The notes below the pieces were generated by a model, which ran no database searches, was not told where the DNA came from, and was given only the letters and a program-made list of their open reading frames with translations. Of a stretch of DNA of 64,000 bases, positions 30,005 through 38,987 are shown piece by piece. The translations under genes were made by a program, and so were the position numbers. How positions within the stretch are numbered: position 1 is the first letter of the stretch; the number at the start of each line of letters is the position of its first letter. Where the stretch lies: assembly GCA_040904605.1 (NCBI GenBank), contig JBBDTA010000137.1:9284-73283 (forward strand), read 5' to 3'. Origin of the DNA: Paenibacillaceae bacterium. Lineage in GTDB: Bacteria; Bacillota; Bacilli; Paenibacillales; UBA4045.

Positions 30005-30217
30005 GTGCGGAATCAGAAGGAAGACAGAGTACCTTATGCCAACCTATTCATTGCGTTTTCTTGTAGAGTAGAAAAATGGCTTAAACGTATGATAATAGTA
30101 CTATTACTCTCCTTAATATTATTTCAGTCGCTATTACAATCCACAGAAATTCGTTATTACCTAACAACAATCGGCAGGTTAGAAGGTATGACCGAAGAGC
30201 TCAGTTATGGAGAATGA
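30005..30217 (+). CDS. ypfB: YpfB-like small membrane protein
   Basis: 70 aa with one TM segment, positioned between ypfA and cmk as in B. subtilis. The start is uncertain. Confidence 0.5.
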   Translation: MRNQKEDRVPYANLFIAFSCRVEKWLKRMIIVLLLSLILFQSLLQSTEIRYYLTTIGRLEGMTEELSYGE

Positions 30218-30219
30218 TT

Positions 30220-30248
30220 TTGCATGGGGGGTAAAAATGTGGTATAAT
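30220..30248 (+). promoter_or_regulatory. Sigma-A promoter with extended -10 upstream of cmk
   Basis: TTGCAT (30220-30225), 17-nt spacer containing TG at 30240-30241, TATAAT (30243-30248). Confidence 0.6.
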
Positions 30249-30259
30249 TTTCTTCGAAT

Positions 30260-30282
30260 GCAGGCAGTGCCTGCTTTTTTGT
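30260..30282 (+). terminator. GC-rich hairpin plus U-tract between the cmk promoter and the cmk start
   Basis: GCAGGC-AGT-GCCTGC is followed by TTTTTTGTT. Confidence 0.55.
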
Positions 30283-30304
30283 TGAAGTATGATCAGGGGG
30301 AAAC

Positions 30305-31003
30305 ATGGGTTTGAACCATATACACAGAAAAATTAAAGTAGCCATTGACGGTCCGGCTGGCGCAGGCAAAAGCTCAATAGCCAAGATGACTGCAGAAAAA
30401 TTGGGATATGTGTATGTGGATACAGGTGCTATGTATAGGGCAATTACTTGGTCTGTTCTGGATCTGAATCTAGATTTGAATGATACTAAGGGCATTCAAA
30501 ACATGATAGAACATATTGATCTTACACTGAAGCCGTCACACGAAGGTCAGCAGGTTTGGATTAATGGCCAAGATGTGACACGGCATATAAGATCTCCTCT
30601 AATCAATCAGAATGTTTCACGTATTGCTCAGATGCCGAATGTACGCCAGTTCCTAACCGAGATTCAGAAGCGTATGTCCTCTGAGGGGGGCATTATCATG
30701 GATGGTCGAGATATTGGAACGGTAGTTATGCCTGATGCAGAACTGAAAATTTTCTTAACCGCATCTGTTCAGGAAAGAGCCCGCAGACGTTATATGGAAA
30801 TGAAAGCTGCAGGTAATGAAGTTGAGATGGATCAATTGATCGGGGAAATTATTGAGCGGGATCGTATGGATGAACAAAGGGAAATCTCTCCATTACGACA
30901 AGCCGAAGATGCTATATTTCTAGATTGCTCAGAGCTTTCGATGCACCAAGTTATAGACATTCTAGTAGAATTAAGTATCTCGAAGATGAGTGAGGCGGAA
31001 TAA
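30305..31003 (+). CDS. cmk: Cytidylate kinase
   Basis: 232 aa with the P-loop GPAGAGKS. Confidence 0.95.
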   Translation: MGLNHIHRKIKVAIDGPAGAGKSSIAKMTAEKLGYVYVDTGAMYRAITWSVLDLNLDLNDTKGIQNMIEHIDLTLKPSHEGQQVWINGQDVTRHIRSPLINQNVSRIAQMPNVRQFLTEIQKRMSSEGGIIMDGRDIGTVVMPDAELKIFLTASVQERARRRYMEMKAAGNEVEMDQLIGEIIERDRMDEQREISPLRQAEDAIFLDCSELSMHQVIDILVELSISKMSEAE

Positions 31004-31005
31004 TC

Positions 31006-31593
31006 ATGGTTTATTCATTTGCTCACTTTATTACTTGGTTATTCTTCAGCACGATATATCGTTTAAAGGCCGTTGGTCTTGAACATATTCCGAAGAATGG
31101 TGCAGTTATTGTTTGCTGCAATCATATTAACTACTTGGATCCCCCACTTCTCGGGACTCCGCTCAAGCGGAAAATTCATTATATGGCTAAAGCCGAATTA
31201 TTCCGATTTCCCGGATTAGCTTGGTTTCTAGGTCAATTAGGTGCATTCCCTGTCAAAAGAGGGGGCGTCAGCAAGGATGCAATTCGGAGATCACTCGATC
31301 TTCTCAAGAATGGTAAAGTCATTGGGGTATTCCCTGAGGGCACTAGAAATCGTTCTGATGAGCCTGGCAAGAAGGGTGCCGCCAGTTTGGCTCTCAAATC
31401 CGGCGCAACAGTCATTCCCGCTGCAATTATAGGTCGGTATGCTGTACTTAGAACGATTAAGATTGTTTATGGTCAACCAGTGGATTTATCTGAATTTGTT
31501 GATAATGCTTCAGCATCTGATGCTCTTGAACAGGCCACTGAAAAAATCATGTCGGAAATTCGTAAATTGATAACTGACAATGAATTGAAATAA
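31006..31593 (+). CDS. plsC: 1-acyl-sn-glycerol-3-phosphate acyltransferase
   Basis: 195 aa with the NHINYLD (HxxxxD) and FPEGTR motifs. Confidence 0.88.
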   Translation: MVYSFAHFITWLFFSTIYRLKAVGLEHIPKNGAVIVCCNHINYLDPPLLGTPLKRKIHYMAKAELFRFPGLAWFLGQLGAFPVKRGGVSKDAIRRSLDLLKNGKVIGVFPEGTRNRSDEPGKKGAASLALKSGATVIPAAIIGRYAVLRTIKIVYGQPVDLSEFVDNASASDALEQATEKIMSEIRKLITDNELK

Positions 31594-31684
31594 GATTTAG
31601 ATTTATACTAACAATTAAGAAAATCAGAAGACATGAGCCCGATCGAATGTGGTTGGTGGGTAGTGAATCGAGGAGGAAATTGAA

Positions 31685-32980
31685 ATGACAGAACAGACAA
31701 ATTCACAAGAGATTGCAGAAGTTACCGCTAAGGTAGCACAAGCTACAGAAGCCGCAGAAGAAGTTTTAGCACCAGTCCTAGAAGAAGTTCCAGTGGCAGA
31801 GAATATTAGTCAAGCAGACTTGGATCAAGGTGTCGTTTTGAAGAAGGGCGATTCGGTTCGTGGTAAAATTGTTAAAATTGAAGACGATAAAGCCTATGTA
31901 GATGTGGGTTATAAATATGATGGAATCATCCCTCTTCGCGAGTTATCTGCACTATCCGCTCAGAATGCAGCAGACGTTGTATCTATTGGTCAAGAAGTGG
32001 AATGTAAGGTAAGCAATATCAATGATGCTAAAGAGACGATGACATTATCGAAGCGTGCGATTGACAGTATTAATGCTTGGGAGCAGCTTAAGGCTAAGTT
32101 CGAGAGCGGCGAGGTATTCGAAGCAGTTGTTGCTGATGTTGTCAAAGGAGGTTTAGTAGTTGATGTTGGAGTTCGTGGTTTTGTGCCTGCCTCGATGGTA
32201 GAACGCCATTTTGTCGATGATTTCAGTGATTATAAAGGCAGAACACTACGGTTTAAAGTGAAAGAAATCGATCAAGAGAACAACAAAGTCATTCTCTCAC
32301 AGAAGGATGTACTAGACGCTGAATTTCAAATTAAGAAGCAAAAGCTGCTTTCAGAAATTACCATTGGTCAGTTAATGGAAGGTACTATACAACGTTTAAC
32401 CACTTTTGGTGCATTTGTTGATTTAGGTGGAATTGATGGATTAGTTCATGTGTCCGAGCTATCTTGGTCGCATGTAGAGAAGCCTGCCGATGTTGTTAAA
32501 GAGGGCGACTTAGTTCAGGTCAGAGTACTTAAGGTTGATCCAGCGAATGATCGTGTTAGCTTGAGTATTAAACAAGCGCAGCCTGGTCCGTGGGAACAAG
32601 TAGAGAAGACCTTTAAGACTGGTGAAATCGTCGAAGGTAAAGTGAGACGATTAGCAGCTTTCGGAGCATTCGTCGAAATTGCTCCAGGTATTGAAGGCTT
32701 AGTTCATATCTCGCAAATTTCTTACAAGCATATTGGCACTCCTCATGAAGTATTGAAGGAAGGTCAAGCTGTTCAAGTGAAAATTCTTGAGATTAACCCT
32801 GATGATAAACGAGTTAGCTTAAGCATCAAGGAGACGGAAGAAGCACCTGCGGTTGTTGAAAAGCCAGAAAGACAAGGACGTCGTGAACCGAGAGATCCGA
32901 ATGCAGATGCATACACGAATGAGAGTTTCAATATTACATTGGGAGAACGATTTGGAGATAAATTGAGTAAATTCAAATAA
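31685..32980 (+). CDS. rpsA: 30S ribosomal protein S1
   Basis: 431 aa with four S1 repeats (G.V....FGAFV). Confidence 0.93.
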   Translation: MTEQTNSQEIAEVTAKVAQATEAAEEVLAPVLEEVPVAENISQADLDQGVVLKKGDSVRGKIVKIEDDKAYVDVGYKYDGIIPLRELSALSAQNAADVVSIGQEVECKVSNINDAKETMTLSKRAIDSINAWEQLKAKFESGEVFEAVVADVVKGGLVVDVGVRGFVPASMVERHFVDDFSDYKGRTLRFKVKEIDQENNKVILSQKDVLDAEFQIKKQKLLSEITIGQLMEGTIQRLTTFGAFVDLGGIDGLVHVSELSWSHVEKPADVVKEGDLVQVRVLKVDPANDRVSLSIKQAQPGPWEQVEKTFKTGEIVEGKVRRLAAFGAFVEIAPGIEGLVHISQISYKHIGTPHEVLKEGQAVQVKILEINPDDKRVSLSIKETEEAPAVVEKPERQGRREPRDPNADAYTNESFNITLGERFGDKLSKFK

Positions 32981-32990
32981 CACAGCTTGG

Positions 32991-33020
32991 AAGCGGGCTC
33001 TGCGGGGTCCGCTTTTTGTT
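32991..33020 (+). terminator. Intrinsic terminator after rpsA
   Basis: The AAGCGGGCTC/GGGGTCCGCTT stem is followed by TTTTGTT. Confidence 0.65.
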
Positions 33021-33105
33021 AAGACGAGGACGAGTAATTGTATCTGGATTGACAAACAATGAGGGAGTATGAAAATCTTAAGCCTGATTGTGTAGGTGAA
33101 CCTTC

Positions 33106-33690
33106 ATGAATCCAGGATACGTATCTTATGTGTGGATGACTTGCTTCGTTATTCTGATTGTTAGTGGCTGGCGGATCGATTTGATCGGTCATGTTAACAG
33201 ATGGATGGTCACGCTGTTTGTGGGTCTATGGTTTGTCCTGATGCCCTTCTCCTGGCAAGTAACATCTCATTTAACTTTACATCTTAGTTTAATACTTATT
33301 ATAGCTTTGGTGGTTGCTCAGCTTCGAGGATTAATCTCATCGAGAAGGCAATTTATGCAGCTTCTCCTGTTCGGTTTGCTCCTATCCATCTGGCATGGCT
33401 ATATGGTGTATAGTCAGCGATGGAGTCCTGTGTATCTTATACATCCAGTCTTAGACGTAGCTATTGGAGAAGCCATACTGGTAGGTGGATTCATCAAGAA
33501 TCCATTGCATCAAATCACAGTGGTCTCTTGGGGAGTTATGGCTGGTTCACTGCTTGATCAGCTTTGGAGTGATCCAACTCATTTACAAATTGGGCACGCT
33601 GCCTCTTGGGATCAGCTGTTTATAGCCATATTCTTAACACGAGCTGTAGCTTTATTAGCTCAATGGACACGGAATAAGCTATATTCATGA
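33106..33690 (+). CDS. Hypothetical polytopic membrane protein
   Basis: 194 aa with about six hydrophobic segments. It occupies the yphA-like position upstream of der. Confidence 0.55.
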   Translation: MNPGYVSYVWMTCFVILIVSGWRIDLIGHVNRWMVTLFVGLWFVLMPFSWQVTSHLTLHLSLILIIALVVAQLRGLISSRRQFMQLLLFGLLLSIWHGYMVYSQRWSPVYLIHPVLDVAIGEAILVGGFIKNPLHQITVVSWGVMAGSLLDQLWSDPTHLQIGHAASWDQLFIAIFLTRAVALLAQWTRNKLYS

Positions 33691-33746
33691 TAGTCAATCA
33701 TGTTATTTGATTTATATATGAACAATGGAATATGGAGGTGTGAGAC

Positions 33747-35069
33747 ATGGCTCGACCCGTAATTGCAATAGTAGGCCGTGCGAACGTTGGTAAATCAACA
33801 ATTTTCAACCGAATTATCGGAGATAATCTAGCTATCGTAGAAGATAAGCCAGGCATTACACGTGATCGTTTGTATGGTCGCAGTGAATGGAATGGGATTC
33901 CCTTCAACGTTATTGATACTGGCGGTATAGAAGTATTCGAATCGGATGAGCTGCTGAAATCAGTTCGAGTACAAGCAGAATTAGCAATTGAAGAAGCGGA
34001 TGTTATCATATTTATTACAGATGCCAAGATCGGTCTAACTTCCGATGATAATGAGGTAGCCAAGCTGCTCTATCGCTCGAAGAAACCGATCATTCTAGCG
34101 GTGAATAAAGTCGATAACATTCAGATGCATAATGAAATTTATGAGTTCTACCAATTGGGTTTCGGTGAACCTGTTGCTATTTCTGGAGCACATGGAACCG
34201 GAATAGGCGATCTGCTGGATGCTGCGGTACAGAAGTTTCCTGAGACGAATGATGACGAATATGGTGAAGACGTGATTAAGGTCGCCTTAATAGGCAGACC
34301 GAATGTCGGTAAATCCTCACTAGTCAATTCGTTACTTGGTGAGGAACGAGTTATTGTAAGTAATGTAGCCGGTACAACACGAGATGCGATTGATACTCCT
34401 TTTGAATGGGAGGGTCAGAAGTATGTGCTTATTGATACAGCCGGAATGCGTAAGCGAGGCAAGGTATATGAGAATACGGAAAAATATAGTGTTATGCGTG
34501 CACTCAAAGCGATTGAACGAGCTGATGTTGTTCTAGTGGTCATTAATGGAGAAGAAGGTATTATCGAGCAGGACAAACATATTGCCGGTTATTCCCATGA
34601 AGCGGGTAAAGCTGCAATCTTCGTAGTGAACAAATGGGACGTTGTGGAGAAGGATGAGAAGACGCTGCAGAAGTTTACACAGACAGTGCGAGACCACTTC
34701 TTATTCATGACCTATGCACCGCTTGTATTCGTCTCAGCGCTAACCAAACAAAGAGTTCATAAAATCCTTCCTACCGTGAATCAAGTTTCAGAGCAGCATA
34801 ACATGCGTATTGCTACACACATCCTTAACGATGTACTGATGGATGCAGTTGCCATCAATCCACCTCCAACGGATAAAGGCAAACGAATGAAGCTTAATTA
34901 TGGAACTCAGGTTGCGGTAAAGCCACCGACCTTCGTCTTATTCGTGAATGATCCCGAGCTCATGCATTTCTCGTATGAGCGCTATCTAGAGAATAAGATC
35001 CGTGCTGCCTTTACTTTTGAAGGTACACCTGTTCGATTCGTAGTTCGGAAGAAATCTTCAGAGGAGTAG
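33747..35069 (+). CDS. der: Ribosome-associated GTPase Der (EngA)
   Basis: Two G domains ([18 protein letters not shown]) and a KH-like C-terminus. Confidence 0.96.
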   Translation: MARPVIAIVGRANVGKSTIFNRIIGDNLAIVEDKPGITRDRLYGRSEWNGIPFNVIDTGGIEVFESDELLKSVRVQAELAIEEADVIIFITDAKIGLTSDDNEVAKLLYRSKKPIILAVNKVDNIQMHNEIYEFYQLGFGEPVAISGAHGTGIGDLLDAAVQKFPETNDDEYGEDVIKVALIGRPNVGKSSLVNSLLGEERVIVSNVAGTTRDAIDTPFEWEGQKYVLIDTAGMRKRGKVYENTEKYSVMRALKAIERADVVLVVINGEEGIIEQDKHIAGYSHEAGKAAIFVVNKWDVVEKDEKTLQKFTQTVRDHFLFMTYAPLVFVSALTKQRVHKILPTVNQVSEQHNMRIATHILNDVLMDAVAINPPPTDKGKRMKLNYGTQVAVKPPTFVLFVNDPELMHFSYERYLENKIRAAFTFEGTPVRFVVRKKSSEE

Positions 35070-35074
35070 ATCCA

Positions 35075-35680
35075 ATGATATCCATTTTGGTTGTTCTTGT
35101 AAGCTATCTGTTGGGTTCAATAATATTCAGTGTTATTATGGGAAAGCTAGTCGCGGGAATTGATATCCGCAACCATGGTAGCGGCAACGCAGGTGCTACA
35201 AACACACTTAGAATCATGGGCAAGGGACCAGCGATCGTTGTCTTCCTACTTGATATCGGTAAGGGCGTACTAGCTGTATGGTTAGCCAAATGGTTCGTAC
35301 CCGATCAATATGGGGTCGCTGTCATTTGTGGAATCGCGGTTATTCTAGGACACAATTGGCCTATCTGGTTTAATTTTCGTGGTGGAAAAGGAGTCGCAAC
35401 AACTATTGGCATGTTACTTACCCTAGCATTTCTTCCTACACTACTCGCTGGATTAATAGCCATCATTGCTATTCTTATTACTAGATATGTTTCATTAGGC
35501 TCACTCTTATTAACCGTATTCCTCCCTGTATTCATCTATTGGTTGGATTATCCCATAGAATTATTCTGGGGGAGCTTTGCCATTCTTGTATTCGCTTGGG
35601 TTAAGCATCGCAAGAATATTGTGAAGATCGTAAGAGGAACAGAGAATAAGATAGGATCGCGCAGCAATCCAAATCTTTAA
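35075..35680 (+). CDS. plsY: Glycerol-3-phosphate acyltransferase PlsY
   Basis: 201 aa, a membrane protein with the GSGNAGATN motif. Confidence 0.93.
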   Translation: MISILVVLVSYLLGSIIFSVIMGKLVAGIDIRNHGSGNAGATNTLRIMGKGPAIVVFLLDIGKGVLAVWLAKWFVPDQYGVAVICGIAVILGHNWPIWFNFRGGKGVATTIGMLLTLAFLPTLLAGLIAIIAILITRYVSLGSLLLTVFLPVFIYWLDYPIELFWGSFAILVFAWVKHRKNIVKIVRGTENKIGSRSNPNL

Positions 35681-35692
35681 GGAGGTACCCCC

Positions 35693-36721
35693 TTGAGAAA
35701 GAAGGTTTCTGTATTCGTCGCTGGTAGCTGGGGAACTGCACTTGCTTGTGTCTTGGCTGGGAATGGCCACGATGTTACGATATGGTCACGAAATGTCGAA
35801 CAAGTGGATGAAATCAACCAACAGCATCGAAATCATAAATTTCTGAAAGACCATCTACTTCATGCTGATGTGAAAGCCACTGCATCTATCGAGGTAGCGG
35901 CTTTTCATGCGGATGCAGTCCTTTTAGCTGCACCTACCTCGGCTATGAGACAGGTTGCACATCAGCTTCAGCCCTATCTGACATCGGATACACTGCTTAT
36001 TCATGCAGCCAAAGGCTTCGAGACAGGTTCGTTATTACCGATGTCTAAGGTCATTGCGGAGGAGCTGCCCCAGATTGATGCTGATCGAATCGTCGTACTA
36101 TCTGGACCTTCTCATGCTGAAGAGGTTATAAAGCATTGTCCCACTACGATTGTGGTTGCCTCTGCTTCGATTGAGGCTGCCCAAGCCGCACAGGATCTTC
36201 TGATTAACAATGATTTCAGAGTATATACGAATGTGGATATCCAAGGCGTTGAACTAGCAGGCGCCCTCAAGAATATTATTGCTATCGGTGCGGGGATGGT
36301 CGATGGGTTAAGCTTTGGGGATAATGCCAAAGCAGCATTGATTACTAGAGGACTAGCCGAAATTACTCGTCTAGGTGTAACCATGGGAGCTAATCCGCTA
36401 ACATTCGCTGGACTTGCTGGTATCGGGGATTTAATCGTCACCTGCACGAGCCAACATAGTCGAAATTGGCGAGCTGGTTATCAGATCGCCCAAGGAAAGG
36501 CTGTCCAAGAAGTGCTAGAAGAAATGGGCATGGTCGTTGAAGGTGTGAAAACCACGAATGCAGCAATTGCCCTCTCTCGTCAATATCATGTTGATATGCC
36601 GATTACTGAGCAGCTGTACCTTGTATTGTTCGAAGGCAAAAATCCGACGCTAGCTGTAGAGGATCTGATGGGTAGAGGCCGAAGACAAGAGGATATCATT
36701 ACACCGTTTACTCCTAATTAA
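35693..36721 (+). CDS. gpsA: NAD(P)H-dependent glycerol-3-phosphate dehydrogenase
   Basis: 342 aa with GSWGTALA nucleotide-binding motif and a TTG start after AGGAGG. Confidence 0.95.
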   Translation: MRKKVSVFVAGSWGTALACVLAGNGHDVTIWSRNVEQVDEINQQHRNHKFLKDHLLHADVKATASIEVAAFHADAVLLAAPTSAMRQVAHQLQPYLTSDTLLIHAAKGFETGSLLPMSKVIAEELPQIDADRIVVLSGPSHAEEVIKHCPTTIVVASASIEAAQAAQDLLINNDFRVYTNVDIQGVELAGALKNIIAIGAGMVDGLSFGDNAKAALITRGLAEITRLGVTMGANPLTFAGLAGIGDLIVTCTSQHSRNWRAGYQIAQGKAVQEVLEEMGMVVEGVKTTNAAIALSRQYHVDMPITEQLYLVLFEGKNPTLAVEDLMGRGRRQEDIITPFTPN

Positions 36722-36797
36722 AAAATAAATAGGATAGCCTACACCGGGATTCGTCATTCCTCATACGATACAGTAAAAGTGTATGAGGAGGTCGGCG

Positions 36798-37079
36798 ATG
36801 GGTTCCAAGGATATATCCAAAGATGTATTAAACGCCGTCAAAAGAAAAACCGGCAAGAATATTACTGATAAAGATATTAAGAATGTGGCAAGCGGTGTTG
36901 GTCCTTCTACGATAAAGAGTGAACAACAGCTAAGACAGCTGATTAAGCAGGTTTCTAAGATGGCTAATGTACCTGTAGCAGAGTCTACCGTGCAAGAGCT
37001 AATCGGGGCAATTAAGAAAAGCGGCATTAATCCCAATAACATGGAGCAAATGATAAAATCGGTTTTAGGTAAAAAATGA
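36798..37079 (+). CDS. spoVIF: Stage VI sporulation protein F-like
   Basis: 93 aa with a KRKTGK...MANVPV...MEQMIKS pattern resembling SpoVIF (YjcC). ATG 36798 follows a GAGGAGG SD. Confidence 0.65.
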   Translation: MGSKDISKDVLNAVKRKTGKNITDKDIKNVASGVGPSTIKSEQQLRQLIKQVSKMANVPVAESTVQELIGAIKKSGINPNNMEQMIKSVLGKK

Positions 37080-37104
37080 GGCGCCGACTGCGCTTTATTT
37101 TTTT
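37079..37104 (+). terminator. Intrinsic terminator after spoVIF
   Basis: The AGGCGC-CGACT-GCGCTT stem is followed by TATTTTTTT. Confidence 0.55.
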
Positions 37105-37118
37105 GACATGAAGGTATG

Positions 37119-37127
37119 TGATATAAT
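37119..37127 (+). promoter_or_regulatory. Extended -10 promoter element (TGATATAAT)
   Basis: TGnTATAAT at 37119-37127. The TTGACA at 37103-37108 is only 13 nt away, so it is probably not the cognate -35. Confidence 0.4.
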
Positions 37128-37163
37128 GAGGGCTGAATTGAAACAGATGGGGAGCACATAACG

Positions 37164-37343
37164 ATGAGTAGTATGGACAAAATGTGGGCGTCTTTAATCG
37201 CCATAGCTTTAATGCTGGTCGCTTCTGTATTAATTACCTTTGCCCGTTCCAAGACAACAGGATTCTTACGGGTTGTCTTAACGATTGTCGCTTTTCTTCT
37301 ATTTATTCCTATTGTAGTTCTCATGCTATTGTCAGTGTTCTAA
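37164..37343 (+). CDS. Small hydrophobic protein (59 aa, two predicted TM segments); not in the ORF track
   Basis: ATG 37164 lies 9 nt after SD GGGGAG. Translation: MSSMDKMWASLIAIALMLVASVLITFARSKTTGFLRVVLTIVAFLLFIPIVVLMLLSVF. Confidence 0.55.
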   Translation: MSSMDKMWASLIAIALMLVASVLITFARSKTTGFLRVVLTIVAFLLFIPIVVLMLLSVF

Positions 37344-37356
37344 TGTCGGGAGGGTC

Positions 37357-37656
37357 ATGCTTTTGTTAGATCTTAAAGGAAGAAAGCTGCACAAACAGGT
37401 GAAGTCGATTATCGGACAATCCATCCTTGATATAGCGTTAAAGAACGATGTTGATTGGGATTTTTCTTGTACACGTGGAACATGTGCGCGTTGTCGTTGT
37501 CTCGTCGAGGTTGGGCGTGAGCATTTGGCTGAGACGTCGGATGAAGAATGGGACCGCTTGGAGGATGAGGAGCTAGAGAAAGGTTATCGGCTTGCTTGCC
37601 AAGCTATTGTTCGAACGGATGGTACAATTGTCGCCGTTAATAAACCTTATTTCTAA
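37357..37656 (+). CDS. 2Fe-2S ferredoxin-like protein
   Basis: 99 aa with Cys ligand pattern CTRGTCARC ... LACQ (C-x4-C-x2-C ... C) and SD GGGAGGG. Confidence 0.75.
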   Translation: MLLLDLKGRKLHKQVKSIIGQSILDIALKNDVDWDFSCTRGTCARCRCLVEVGREHLAETSDEEWDRLEDEELEKGYRLACQAIVRTDGTIVAVNKPYF

Positions 37657-37684
37657 TGCTTGATTAGCAGGAGTGGATACATAG

Positions 37685-38029
37685 ATGCAGGATGAGGTTG
37701 TTTTTTTACCAGATAACAAGCGTGTAAAGGTTCGACGAGGAACGACATTACTGGAAGCGAGTAGATCAGCCAAGGTAAGCATTCGTACACGTTGTGGTGG
37801 GAAGGCTGCATGTCTGATGTGTAAGGTTATTGTTCCAGAACAAAGTGGCCTGGAATCCCCTAATAAGAATGAGCGGCTGAAGCTGGGTTCACTCGTGGAT
37901 GATCATTATCGATTGTCCTGTCAGGCGAAGGTATGTGGTGATGTAACTGCCCTGATTCCCGAGGATCCGCTAAAGGCTGCTATTCGACGACAGCTCGCCC
38001 AACAAGCAGAAGATGATGGTGAATTTTAA
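37685..38029 (+). CDS. 2Fe-2S ferredoxin-like protein (second, divergent copy)
   Basis: 114 aa with pattern CGGKAACLMC ... LSCQ (C-x5-C-x2-C ... C) and SD AGGAGTGG. Confidence 0.7.
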   Translation: MQDEVVFLPDNKRVKVRRGTTLLEASRSAKVSIRTRCGGKAACLMCKVIVPEQSGLESPNKNERLKLGSLVDDHYRLSCQAKVCGDVTALIPEDPLKAAIRRQLAQQAEDDGEF

Positions 38030-38058
38030 GACAATTAGCAAAGGTGGATTAATCTCTG

Positions 38059-38772
38059 ATGAAGCGATGGCAAATAACAGTTCTTCTCATATTGATGGTG
38101 ATTATGTTGGCTGGTTGTTTATATCCAAAGGATCGACTTCAACAAAATCAAATCTCTACGGGCGAATATATGATTCTAGTTCAGAATGCTGTGGAAACTT
38201 ATAAGGAACGAACCGGTGTATTGCCAATCAAGAATAGTACGGAAGAGACGCCCATCTACGAGAAATATCTGGTTGATTTCAAGAAGCTGCTTGATCGTAA
38301 TGTCATAAGTCGCATACCTGCTGATGCTTATGAAGCAGGCGGATCGAATTATTATGTCATTGTTGATCCAGAAGGTGAGTTGAAGGTAAAGCTAATGGAT
38401 TTGGTTATAGCGGGGCAGGTTTCCGACATCCAGAGGCGGTCTGACTCATATGTGGCCGAAGGTAATGATCTGCCGCTGGGCGAATTAGTCAAGCCAAGCT
38501 TTTATCATGTTGATTTCGAACGATTGGGCTTGAAGAGCGAGCAGGTGAGAAGTGTCTATTCAGAGATGTTCTTGCCTATTCTCATTCATCAATCTGGTCG
38601 TATCACCGTTGATTATGCTCCAGAGATTATGAGAGCAATCACAATGAAGGAAAACTCATCCCCTGATCCGAATATCGATTTGCGAACCTACCTAGTAGAG
38701 CAATCCAATTATATACCGGTGAATTCTTATCCTTATTATTGGAAAGATAATGAGCCGGTCATATCAGAATAA
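38059..38772 (+). CDS. Lipoprotein, YphF-like by position
   Basis: 237 aa with lipobox LAGC, located directly upstream of spoIVA. Confidence 0.6.
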   Translation: MKRWQITVLLILMVIMLAGCLYPKDRLQQNQISTGEYMILVQNAVETYKERTGVLPIKNSTEETPIYEKYLVDFKKLLDRNVISRIPADAYEAGGSNYYVIVDPEGELKVKLMDLVIAGQVSDIQRRSDSYVAEGNDLPLGELVKPSFYHVDFERLGLKSEQVRSVYSEMFLPILIHQSGRITVDYAPEIMRAITMKENSSPDPNIDLRTYLVEQSNYIPVNSYPYYWKDNEPVISE

Positions 38773-38775
38773 TGT

Positions 38776-38807
38776 GAAGCGTCGGTACTAGAGACGCTTC
38801 TTTTTTT
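38776..38807 (+). terminator. Intrinsic terminator
   Basis: The GAAGCGTC/GACGCTTC stem is followed by TTTTTTT. Confidence 0.8.
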
Positions 38808-38987
38808 GGGGCGTAGAGAATAGGATTAGCCAGCCTATCATATAACTTAATGGATGAAGAACATAATAGGATGAAGGGAGCACTCTCTGGATAAATAATA
38901 TGCATAATCGCTGATGCTGTACATATATTGTTACAAGTCCTTATGGTTGTACGAGTTACTTCATGATCTGGATAGGAGGCAATCTCA

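Noticed and set aside
33698-34063. 121-aa minus-strand ORF, and similar antisense ORFs inside der, ribH, gpsA, trpD, trpE, resE and serA
   Set aside because: All lie entirely within confidently identified genes on the opposite strand or in another frame. They are shadow ORFs.
36761-37324. 187-aa ORF on the minus strand
   Set aside because: It is antisense to the SD-preceded spoVIF-like gene and the 59-aa membrane ORF. Its composition is low-complexity and typical of a shadow frame, and it has no SD.
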